A stretch of 64,000 nucleotides of DNA from contig NC_043004.1 in NCBI RefSeq assembly GCF_006345805.1, forward strand, positions 15,190,001 to 15,254,000. Reading direction: 5' to 3'. The DNA comes from Octopus sinensis. Its lineage: Eukaryota. The notes beneath the pieces are model-generated. The model was not told where the DNA came from, searched no databases, and was given only the letters and a program-made list of their open reading frames with translations. Below are positions 52,573-64,000 of the stretch, piece by piece (positions within the stretch are counted from its first letter, which is position 1; each line of letters opens with the position of its first letter). A program made the translations under genes and the position numbers.

Positions 52573-53545
52573 GATTTTTAGGAAGATATATATATATATA
52601 TATACATATATTCCTAAATATCACAGACGTAAAATTCAAGTTACTGGGTTTGAAAATACAACTCTATGCAAAAAAGATCGGTAAAAATTGTCATAACATG
52701 CATCTAAAAACCCATGTAGAGCATCATAGTCCCAACCAGACTAATCTATATCAATGACCTCCCGAACAATGTAGTTCCTTGTTGAACAACACGGAGCTAG
52801 TCAGCAATTATAAATATACCCTCGAGGCCATTGAACAAATACATATTAAAATGCAGGTCAAAGTATGAGATTTCCTTGGAACAAAGTTCATGTTTCCTTT
52901 AACACGTCACGTTTATCTAAGTTTAATGTACCGTAGTTTTGTTTCTTCACATAACAGATCCAATTAATATTCTCTATCCTTAAAACTTTAGATTAAATTG
53001 AAAATGAACCAAAATAATTTCAAATCTTATTAATGTTATGCAATAATCGATTCAATCTGATCAAAACTGCAATATATTAGAATAACAAGTTAGCATACAG
53101 TGATAAAGAGGACTTGTTCCTGATTAAAATTAACAAATACATTATATTTTCCGATAATATGTTGTGTTTGATTTTAGAGATAATTTTAACACGCATACAG
53201 AATGTGACTTCCCGGAATTTATATTTCTATAGATGTGCGTATATGTGTTTATGTAAGTATATCTACTAACGCACACACATACCGGCGCACACACACTCTA
53301 ACATACGCTCACACACATAAACACATATCTACATTCACATATATTTGGGTATACAAATGTATACATATGTAAATTTGGATATACTTGTATAAATATTATG
53401 TCTCTTCATATATAAGCGCTTACATTTGTCGATCACTTTTCACGCGCACACACGCATACACACACGTACACGTACACCTGTATGTAAGGAGTCGAAATAT
53501 ACACACACACATATATATATATATATGTATTATATATGTTTATGT

Positions 53546-53600
<55 letters not shown>

Positions 53601-54039
53601 TTTATGTATCCGGATGAATACATACAAGTTATATCTAATTATACGCATTTGTGTACTTCTGAATATTTTAAGCACACATACAAACATTCATCCATTATAT
53701 TCACAGATAAGAAAAAGTACATTAGAAGATGCATGTATTCATGCACTTCCCTCTCACGTACACACTCATATAATTATAGATATATACACCTCCTTCTTAT
53801 ATGCATATCTGAGTCTTCTTCTTCCTGCCGTTATGCTTGTTGTATAGGTGATTTATTTCCTTCTTTGTGTGAGAGTTCCAGAATGCACTTTGAGTGATTT
53901 GCAATTTACTAGTCGATATTTAAACGTAAAAGTTACGGCCATGAAACGTCTTCAATAGAAAATGGGTTTAGCATGGAATATTTTTGATATCAACTAACAA
54001 TACCAAACATATATTTAACGTTTACGAACTTGTAGGATT

Positions 54040-54232
54040 TCTACGGTGCTTGGCAAATTGCCTACCGGCGTTTTGTTTGTCTGGAGCTCAAACTCCGTCG
54101 AGGTAAACTTTTCCTTTCATTGGCGATTTTATCGGTGCCCATAAAATAAATACCAGTTGAGCACTGGGGTCAATGCCATCGACTTACTACCACTTGCCCA
54201 AAATAATGATGACCTGGTACCAAAATGAGAAA

Positions 54233-54240
<8 letters not shown>
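54040..54240 (+). mobile_element. SINE family A, diverged
   Basis: GAGCTCAAACTCCGTCGAGGTAAACTTTTCCTTTCAT...ATACCAGTTGAGCACTGGGGTCAATG. Confidence 0.6.
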
Positions 54241-54271
<31 letters not shown>

Positions 54272-55578
54272 CACATATGAGACCATTGACAGGACTCCTT
54301 ACGTGCTGAAAAGGCCAGTTAAAACCCAAACCACGAAAATGAGAATGTATCAGGCACACCAATTATATAACACTAGAACGAAGAATTGTTATAATTGGTA
54401 AGCCTCATGAATATATATATATAGTTCCAGCTCAGAGCTGCGGCAATGCTGATGCACCGCCGTTTTGCTACGATGTTATTACTAAGAGCCACCTCTAATA
54501 TGTGGCATTGGTGAAGAATGGAGTCTGATATAGCTACCCTCATTTGCACCTCTTGCCGTGATGTTGGTTCATCTTGGACTCTCGACAGATATACATACAA
54601 CATTCAGCTTTATATTTATTATACATTTGTATCCGAGTCATAACTTCTATCTTGTTAGCAAACCATGGAATATGTTTGATGCATAGAAAGCAAGTTGATG
54701 AGGCATTAATATATTCCCTGTATTCTCTTGATAAAGCTATTTGACGACATTCAGTGATTGTGTTAGAAGCAGAATCTGTAATATATATGAAATACCAATC
54801 GCAGGCATACGCCAAAGGAGTGAGGAATATAATTTTATAATGAGATTTAGAAGTGCAAAGGAAAAACTTGAAACGAAAAGTTGTATTAAAGTAACTAATT
54901 TTTCAGTGAAATGGTATTTGTAATGACAACTTTAGCGAAATGCAAATAGGTGTCTAATGAAACTATTCCGCATTTAAGTTCAGTGAAAAAATAGACGCTT
55001 ATATTCAGGATTGCACCTGTCCAATTGATGGAAAGCATGTATAAGAGAGCATTTCATTTATGGTAATATAACTTTATAACGTCGAAATTCTAGAGCAAAA
55101 AATAATATTTATTTCAGAGACAACAGAGAACTCCTTCGATTTTGTTCCTGTCCTTAGGTTTGAAGGCAAGATTGTTTTAGATTAATGCTAGGAGTCATTG
55201 TGGTGATGATGATGTTTTACCGCTATCTTAATAATCGGCATAATTGCTTATTCTAGTATAAGTTTGGAAGCTAAGTCAAAGAAATAGAGTTCCAACTATA
55301 TGGAATCTTCAAGCTGTTTAAAAGCACAGTTCGTCGATATCCACGTAGCTAAATTGTATCAGTAGAATGCATCACCCAGGAGTCATGATCTGGATGCGGC
55401 CCGAACCCTTAGTATGTAAGGAATCAAAATACTTGCTTGAACTTGGTTTTCTTGTCTAAAGAGTTGCTGTTTAGCTCTCTTGAGAGCTTCGGTTTTCTTA
55501 CCAGTGGAGAAACTCTCTCTAGTTTCTTACTAACATTTTGTTGTTTCCATTTGAAAACAACTTAAAGTATTTTTAAAG

Positions 55579-55960
55579 GTGTAGGAGTGACTGTGTGGTA
55601 CGTAGCTTGCTTACCAATGACATGATTCCGGATACATTCCCACTGCGTGACACTGTGGGCTAGTATATTCTACTATAGCCTCGATCCGACCAAAGCCTTG
55701 TGAGTGGATTTGGTACACGGAAACTGAAAGTATCCCGTCGTATATATGTGTGTGTGCGTCTGTGTGTGTGTGTATGTTTCTGTGTCTGTGTTTGTCCCCC
55801 CAACATCGCTTTACAACCGATGCTGGTGTGTTTACGTCCCCGTAACATTGTGGTTCTCCAAAAGAGTTGGATATATTAAGTACTAGCCTTCCAAAGAGTA
55901 AGATCTGGGGTCGATATGCTTGACTAAATGACTGAAACAAGTAAAAAGTAAAGAGTAGAG
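55579..55960 (+). mobile_element. SINE family B
   Basis: Homologous to 39555-39992; the GGCGGTG...GGCC tail segment is deleted. Confidence 0.88.
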
Positions 55961-56596
55961 TAGAGAGAATTGTTCCTATATGATTCCACAGAACATTAGA
56001 AATAAAGACAATAGTATTTTCGAAAATATAGATCAGCAACTGGATTAAATAACTATATTTTTGAATAAAAGAACGCAAAACTGCTTCGGATATAATCTGT
56101 CATAAATCAAGAGAATCACATATTTCCATTCGCGGCATATATTTTCTGAGCGATGTAAAATATACATATGCATTCATAAAAGCTGCCGTAGCATGATGAT
56201 GCCTGTCTAGTCTGCTGTGATAATCACGTAATTGGTTAGACGCTTACACGCGACAATAATCAACAAAATTTACAGAATTGTTACAGAAGTGGATACAGCA
56301 TTATATTTGTTTCAGTTAAAACATATAAATGACAACATTTATACATTTATCGTTTATTCAAAACATGGACTGTGTGACCTACTGAAGGTTAGGGAGCAAT
56401 TTTGGAAGAGGGCTCTGCAGTTTTGAATATACGGCAACGTTGTCTTTTATGTGGTGTGTTTAGGAAGTAAGTTGATTATCTGAGGTGTTCGTATTCTCGT
56501 ATTGCTTTATGTAACGCAGTCAAGATTTGTCGCAGCAGTCAATGGCAACACTCTATTTCAAATCAATCTTCATTACGCATAGGGAGTCACCAATAT

Positions 56597-56691
56597 TACT
56601 ACTACTACTACGACTACTACTACTACTACGACTACGACTACTACTATTTATTATACATTTGCTACTACTACTGCTGCTGCTGCTGCTACTA

Positions 56692-56759
<68 letters not shown>

Positions 56760-56775
56760 ACTACTTCTACTATTA
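56597..56775. repeat. Compound microsatellite (CTA)n/(CTG)n
   Basis: Direct reading. Confidence 0.97.
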
Positions 56776-56929
56776 CTACACATACAAATATATGTGTACA
56801 TACATGTGTATATTTATATATATGTGTGTGTGTGTGTTTGTGTGCATGTATATATATTATATCTATATCTATATATATATGTGTGTGTGTGTGCATGTAT
56901 TTATCTATCTATCTATCTATCTATCTGTC

Positions 56930-56976
<47 letters not shown>

Positions 56977-58615
56977 CATATGTATATATCATACATATAT
57001 ATCACACATATATTAGTACAAGTGAGAAATAGATGTCAACATGTGAGCACTGCTTAAGGCAATATACTGTGGGTTGAATTATTAGTGTTTCTACAGAACG
57101 CCTGTAATCGGCTGTCAAGTTAACTTCTTGAATAGTTTGGCAACTTCTTTTGATATCTTATCGACAATATAAGTAAATCAAACAAGTGAAACATTTCTTG
57201 AAACTTTTTCAAGTGCCTGGACATTCTGTCATGATATTATCGGCTTAGAATATCAACATTTCACTTCCAAGAACTTTGTTTCCAAACCTATATTGATTTT
57301 TTTATTTAGACACAATGCCACAGGGCTATTGATCATTTAGGGAAATGGAAAGAGGTGATGTTCATTATATCGAGTCACAACTGCACAAATCACAATTTCA
57401 ATAACAAACATGCATACATATTTATTTATCCACTAGCGACAATGCTAAAAAATATTTCAGATATCCTTATGTGACTTGTTCTGCGTGTGAATTTCAATAT
57501 ATACTTTAAGTAAGTGTCAATGTGTATTTGCTACCGAGAAATGTATATAAAATTATAGTGGGTATCTGGAAGCTGAAAACAAAGTTCGTAACTCATATCA
57601 TAAAATACGAGGTAATATTTTGAAAGAATATGGAAAAAGGTTTGTCGAAACGAGTTTATAGAAAATAGCGAACAGGACTGCATAAAGTGAAAATTACATA
57701 TAAAAACGGTAAGGTACGTTAATAGATAGAGACAGAAAAAATCTTGAACAAATCTAAAAAATGTAAAATAAAAACAGATATATTTCCTGAAAATGATACT
57801 TAGATAATAATGCAACGCTTAGTACCAAACTTAGCTGCACACTTCTTTCTTTCAATCAATATACAAATGGGTGGGGTTAGATTTATAAAACATATATTAC
57901 AATTCAGACGATTCTAGCTGAAGTCTGTAGTAAATCGCAAGACTTGCATTATTAGCTTCCTAAAAGCACGCCTTAAGGCCTTCAAAATTGCATTTAAAAG
58001 TTTAGGAAGAAACGAATATGGTTAGTATTAGCTGTATCTCGTTCCATCATAGATTTTGCTCGGTTATAGTAAAACTATGAAAATGCAATCGCAGTAACAA
58101 AAGTATTATTACAATAAATGTGATTATTTGGTTTAAGTGAGACAAGCTGACTGCAAGATAAATGTTAGTGAATGGAAAAAGTAGTTTCGTCAGAAGTTAA
58201 GATACTATGCTGAATGAATTGCGAAAAAATTTTCAAATTATTGAAACTTTTCTCTTTGGCCTAGTATAAAAAAAATATTATCAGTAATTAACTAATTTCA
58301 CAATCTGTCTATGGATAGAAGGGAAGGTGTTAGTGGGGGACATACATTCATATTAATGAAACTCCACAGTGAATGAAAGCGAGATTGGAGCCTGACTGTT
58401 TCGTGGACAAGTATTCACAAAGTGAAATAGTCATAATGTTATTGAAAATGAACGTTTCCGTGATTCTTTCGTTCAGACTTCTGTAGATCAATTTTTAACT
58501 TATTTATCTTCATTCCTTCTTATTTAGGTTATTTCACAAATTTCAACTGTTACATGGCCTAATTTTGTTTTTGTTTTCCAACTTGCCTCTCTCAAAGGTA
58601 AAAGCAAATCCGTGT

Positions 58616-58646
<31 letters not shown>

Positions 58647-59707
58647 GTTTATATATTTATGTATATGTGTATATGTGTGTGCGAGTGTGCGTATGTGTTT
58701 AGGCACGTTTTCATTGAAATGGAACCTGTGTTTCACTGGTTGCATACGTAAATATTCCAGAGAAAAGAGAAATTATAAAACAAGCTTCCAAGCTGTGGTT
58801 TATTTCAATATATCCTCTATATATTGTTTCTGGCTTTCATTTAATTCCACTTAGACATCATTGCATAAAATAGAGAGTGCTATGGAATCGAGATACAATC
58901 AATTAAATTAAGTGTGAGTGGTATCAGCCGTCTGATCAAAACGTTAATATCTCTAAGAACATGTTAAATTAAATCACTAGATAGACATTCACAAGCAAAA
59001 TATATTCATCATTGTCTTTGGTACGCGTGGCATTGATTTAACGAGTTCATCGGAGCAAACTTAATAGTTGTACAGATGCAATTGAAGCAGAACAAATTTC
59101 GGCAAAGTGTCATGATTTGTGTTTGATTTTGCTGTATTTTTTCTCGTGACAGTTAAATGTTGGATATATAGTTTTGTAGTAAAATTGCATCACCATTTTT
59201 ACCGTTACTATCTCATGTGAAATCAATGAAAGTAGCATTAACAAAGCATAATTGCATAATTGCAAGAATGAACTTTTGCTATGATCTACAAAGAAAGTTA
59301 TATTCCTACATACATATGCAGATATACCCATATACAGAAATACGCGAACACATACACGTATATATACAGACCATCACACACACACACATATATATATATA
59401 TATACATAGATACACTCATATATATATATGTGTGTGTGTATATGTGTGTATATATGTATGTATGTATCAACCTTTATCTTTTAGGAAGCTAAAAGCTACG
59501 GCCTGTTATAGAGTAGCCATTGCTTTCGCACCTATGGTGCGCTTAGCAATATAGGAGACTCAATGAGCGGCCATATCGTTTAACTTCCTAAAAATATATA
59601 TATTATATATATATATATGCTTTACTGCGTGCTTCTTTTCCGAATATATGAAGTACTGATGATATGTGTGTGAGAGTGTGTGTATGTATGTGTATGTGTG
59701 TGTGTAT

Positions 59708-59950
59708 CGTTGCTATTATGCAAATGTGTTGTAAGTCCTAAACGTTGCATTTCCAGAAAACGAGAAAAATAGTTTCACAATTCCATAGGAAAACCGTTCT
59801 ACTGCACTTTAACAATTCTTGGCATCTTTGCATCTAAATTATGAGAGCAAATCTGGCTTACAGCTGTTTCCAATTGTCTTTGTATTACATAACTGGTAGG
59901 TTTACGCAATCGGTCATCTTGGTATCTGAAGCAGCTGGAGATACGATAGT
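59708..59950 (-). mobile_element. Second, rearranged copy of the 60398-60626 MITE in inverted orientation
   Basis: The reverse complement of 59708-59845 aligns to ~60495-60626 (GATGCCAAGAATTGTTAAAGTGCAGT...GGACTTACAACAC). 59905-59950 repeats part of it. Confidence 0.6.
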
Positions 59951-60001
59951 TTGACCAAGCATATATATCTATGTATGTATGTATATATGTATGTATATAC
60001 G

Positions 60002-60318
60002 AAGAGTCATCTTCGTAGTCATAAAGCGAGACAGATGAGTGACAACCTGGCCACTGGTGGTGGTGTAACACACCATAGGAATCATATCTGTCGGGCATGT
60101 GGAAGAAAGTGTAATTCGGCATGAGGACTTAAACGACATGCAAAGGTACATGAAGCCCAGTTACAACTACAGCCGGCTATTACCGGTAAAGGTTTTAGTT
60201 GCCAATACTGAACAAGACATTGTAGACCTTTAGCTGGGCTAAAATTTCACATTCGATCACACCACCAATAACAGTTAAGCTTCGTGCAATGGCCATAGTC
60301 GATAACGAGGGGGCAGCC

Positions 60319-60322
<4 letters not shown>
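60002..60322 (+). mobile_element. 3' end of an RTE-like LINE with decayed C2H2 zinc-finger C-terminus
   Basis: The frame from 60002 reads KSHLRSH...HICRACGRKCNSA*GLKRHAKVH...FSCQY*TRHCRPLAGLKFHIRSHHQ*. A short 3' UTR GCAATGGCCATAGTCGATAACGAGGGGGCAGCC runs into (TA)n. Confidence 0.65.
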
Positions 60323-60382
<60 letters not shown>

Positions 60383-60397
60383 TACACACATGTATAG

Positions 60398-60626
60398 CGT
60401 TGCTATTATCTTAAACTGTCGTACGTCCAAATTTGGCCAAAAGCATTTGTTTCAATATTTATTTTTGCTTCGTCACACTGTCGTATCACCAGCTAATTCA
60501 GATGCCAAGATGTCAAGAATTGTTAAAGTGCAGTTCAACGGTTTTGCTAAGGAATAGTGAAACTATTTTTTCGTATTTTGATAAAGCAACGTTTTGGACT
60601 TACAACACTTTTTATTAATAGCAACG
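60398..60626. mobile_element. 229-bp MITE with 11-bp TIR CGTTGCTATTA
   Basis: CGTTGCTATTA at 60398 and TAATAGCAACG ending at 60626. Confidence 0.6.
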
Positions 60627-61182
60627 ATACGCACATACAATCAAAAATGCAAGACTGGAAAGAAACTGAAGGCTAATTGAAATATAGATTGCAGATGCAA
60701 CATGGGTGGAAAACGCTATATCACATTTACTACATCTGATGTCCAGACTGGAATACAGATTATATGATTCAATTGGCGCAAAGATGAACGTATCTCATTA
60801 GGACAAATAAGCAACGAATCAGTGAGTCAGCACTTGAAGATGTTCCCTACAGTAAACGACTTCAAATTTAATCAAATATAGAAGTTTAAATGCTTCGAGT
60901 GTCAAAATAAAGGTCCAAAATGACCAACTATGAAAGGCAAGAAAGGCAAAAATTCGATAATAATTCTTTTCCGGAAGTAAACCGAAGACATTCAAATTAC
61001 TGTATAACGATTATTCAATAAAAAGTGTGAGTAAGAAGCTGTAAATAGCGAAAGTTACTTAGATTTCGAAAACTCACTTCCAAAATATTTTGCATCATTG
61101 TTTTCTAAACATATTATGTGTAATTAATAATTTCTAATTTAAGAAAATTATTCGTCAGATACTATGAATGAATCAATAATGC

Positions 61183-61253
<71 letters not shown>

Positions 61254-61315
61254 GTGTGTGTGTTGTGTGTATGTGTGTATAATATATATTTATTAATTCA
61301 TATCTGTATATGTAT

Positions 61316-61397
<82 letters not shown>

Positions 61398-62099
61398 GTT
61401 TATATATATATATATGTATCAGACAGACCGATAGACTGTATGATCAATTCACTCATTAAAGGAATAACTAATTTGTATTTGGAACTTTCAATCGATTGAA
61501 CTCCATGTTTTTTAGCATTATTTTATACAATAGATTATTTTCACTTATTATTCATTGCAGTAATTAAATTAATATGCTTCGCATAAGAGTCTTTATTTTT
61601 AAATCTATTCATTTCTATATAATATTTATTGTTTCCATAACTTCTTCGAGTGCGTTTAAACAATTCAGTGTATTCTTTTACGAATTTTGAAACTGACTTC
61701 AAATATTGATTATTCATTTGGATGAATAATAATATCTCAATATTGATGATATTGTCTTCGATTGCGCCAGTGTTTTAATTATCTTTCTCAAACGAACCAA
61801 TGAGTAAGCATATACACAATCTCTTGACCTGCCCCAAATTGACACCGCTACAACTACTACAATCAGCATTAATTTCATACTAAAGTATCATACTACTAAA
61901 ATATACAACACTAATTAGCAATGAACAGACGCACATCCCTCAAATCAATCGAAGCAAATTTGAAATAAACAAATGAATGGTTAGTTTTGGTACGCTTCTG
62001 AACATGTGTCTACTGGAATGAGGATAATTAAGATCTGAATAACAATATCGAAGTCAAAACATAGTTTCTTGTTAATATCTTACAGGGATATGATTTTAG

Positions 62100-62165
62100 G
62101 TGCAGGCATGGCTGCGTGGTTAAGAAACTTGCATTTCAACCAGAGTTTCTATAACCCTGGGCCAT
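62100..62165 (+). mobile_element. SINE family B-like head fragment
   Basis: GCAGGCATGGCTGCGTGGTTAAGAAACTTGC, A-box-like. Confidence 0.45.
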
Positions 62166-63256
62166 GGGGGGATTTAGGACACATAGACTGTTCGAATGTA
62201 TATACGCATGCAAAGACACACACGAACACACGCACACACAAACAAACACACATACACACACGCTCATAAATATATATCAGATTTTGGATTGTTTATAGCA
62301 TGCAGGCTCCAAAATCTGGCTTAGAGTCGTATTTAATCCTCGCACAGTCTATGTCTTTGTTTCTCTGTCATCTATATATTCTACCATTAAATCATATTTT
62401 CTTAATAAATTTGCATTCATCTTGTAGCTAGGTTTCATAAATATACGGAATAAAAACTAAATATTACCTAATCAGAAATCTCGAAATGTGACTATCAGAA
62501 TGAATTTATCTTCCGATTGATATTTGTGTTAGAAAGTTGATCTATACTCCATGTTTTGTCTTTGTTCACAGAGAATTGACGTCACTGACAACTCGCTGAA
62601 AAATAGCATTTAATTAATATAGTATTTATGATGTGTGCTATCTTACAGTAGCTGAGTGTTAATGCCTTGACAACGACATTAGATGATTTTGCTAGTTGGA
62701 GCATCGACAGAAAAAAAAAAGATTAAACAGTTTTTTCCTTGCAAGCATTTGATCAGAGATTTTGTGTATGGAATATCTATAGGATGCAATCACATATTTA
62801 TTGACCGAGTTTTTAATATCTTCATAAATATACTAATTGGTACAGTTGCAGATACAAATAGAATTGGAGATAGAGCAATGAAGCATTAAATGATTGATTT
62901 TTATATATTCTAATACTGTAGAACATATAATCGCATATTTCAAGTAAATGATGTTTTTAGTATAATATTCCACACCATTCTCTGATCAAAGTAGAATGCG
63001 CGTTAAAACCTTTCGATTCTGGCACTAAGCTTCATAGAACTCTTCCATATTTCCTATGGTTTAGTCCTACATATATTAACGACAGTACTTTGTAAGAAAT
63101 TTCAATGACCTCAGTATATTTGATCTTCTCTTATAATTATTCAGTCTGAATGTATCTATTCTCAGTGACCCAATGTTTCAGTGACCTAAGGGTATGTCAG
63201 GCTTATATGTGAATATATACATGTGTATATATATATGCATATATATGCATATATAT

Positions 63257-63317
<61 letters not shown>

Positions 63318-63370
63318 ATATATACGTATATATATATACATGCATGTACATGTATGTATATATATATATA

Positions 63371-63435
<65 letters not shown>

Positions 63436-64000
63436 ATACGTATATATATATACATGTATGTTTATGTATATATACATATATATGTGTGTGTATGTATGTA
63501 TATATGTATGTATATATATATGGATATATGTATGTGTGTCTGTTTGTGCGTGTGTTTTGTAAGTATACATATATGCATATATTTGAACGCATATATATGT
63601 ACATATAGATATAACGCACGTGTCGCATGCACGTACGCACACACACACGCACACACACACATACGGTCAGAAGAAGTGACAGAGATATCCGTTATCATAG
63701 TTTCTCTGTTGAGCTTTGTGTTGTGGACAAGTCTATTTATTCTAATAGCTTCAATCTTCGAATCGCTGCTCTCTGGTGCTCTGCTACAACCGTTGTCTTT
63801 TAATCTAACCGACAATATTCATTCTGTAAGGCTTCCAGAAACGACATGTTTGGAATACGTAGGGGCTCTCTTATTCAGTGTTTGCGAACGTTTTCGCTAC
63901 TGTGGTGGTTGCAAGCGTTGTTTGAGACAAAAAGATGTAGAAACTTAACTTGTCTCTGCTGCAAACATTTAAATAAAGCAACTACGCCTTGTATTTGGCT

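Overview
AT-rich eukaryotic genomic DNA, extremely dense in microsatellites ((TA)n, (TG)n, (TATC)n, (TACA)n, trinucleotides). The SINE families and repeat landscape look like an octopus (coleoid cephalopod) genome; this is an inference from recalled repeat families, not a database hit. I recognise no host protein-coding exon, and almost all ORFs in the supplied track are microsatellite translations ([12 protein letters not shown]) or pieces of transposons. The main content is as follows. (1) A near full-length Penelope-like retroelement (PLE, 9629-13508, +) encoding RT plus a C-terminal GIY-YIG endonuclease. It has one frameshift, a 153-bp inverted 5' pseudo-LTR, (TA)n flanks, and a complete type-I hammerhead ribozyme with an unusually long stem II at its 3' end. 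(2) Six further hammerhead-like modules from other PLE-like families, including a 154-bp near-perfect palindrome of two opposed ribozyme-like units and a core-intact ribozyme downstream of a 3 x ~460-bp tandem array. (3) A 5'-truncated, frameshifted CR1/L2-type LINE (41375-44090, -) whose 3' tail and stem-loop are shared with an abundant SINE family in the window. (4) About 20 tRNA-derived SINE copies of four families, an internally deleted mariner, a Helentron/Lep1-like non-autonomous element, an RTE-like 3' end with C2H2 zinc fingers, and several foldback/MITE elements. Coordinates of diverged repeats are approximate (about +/-10 bp).
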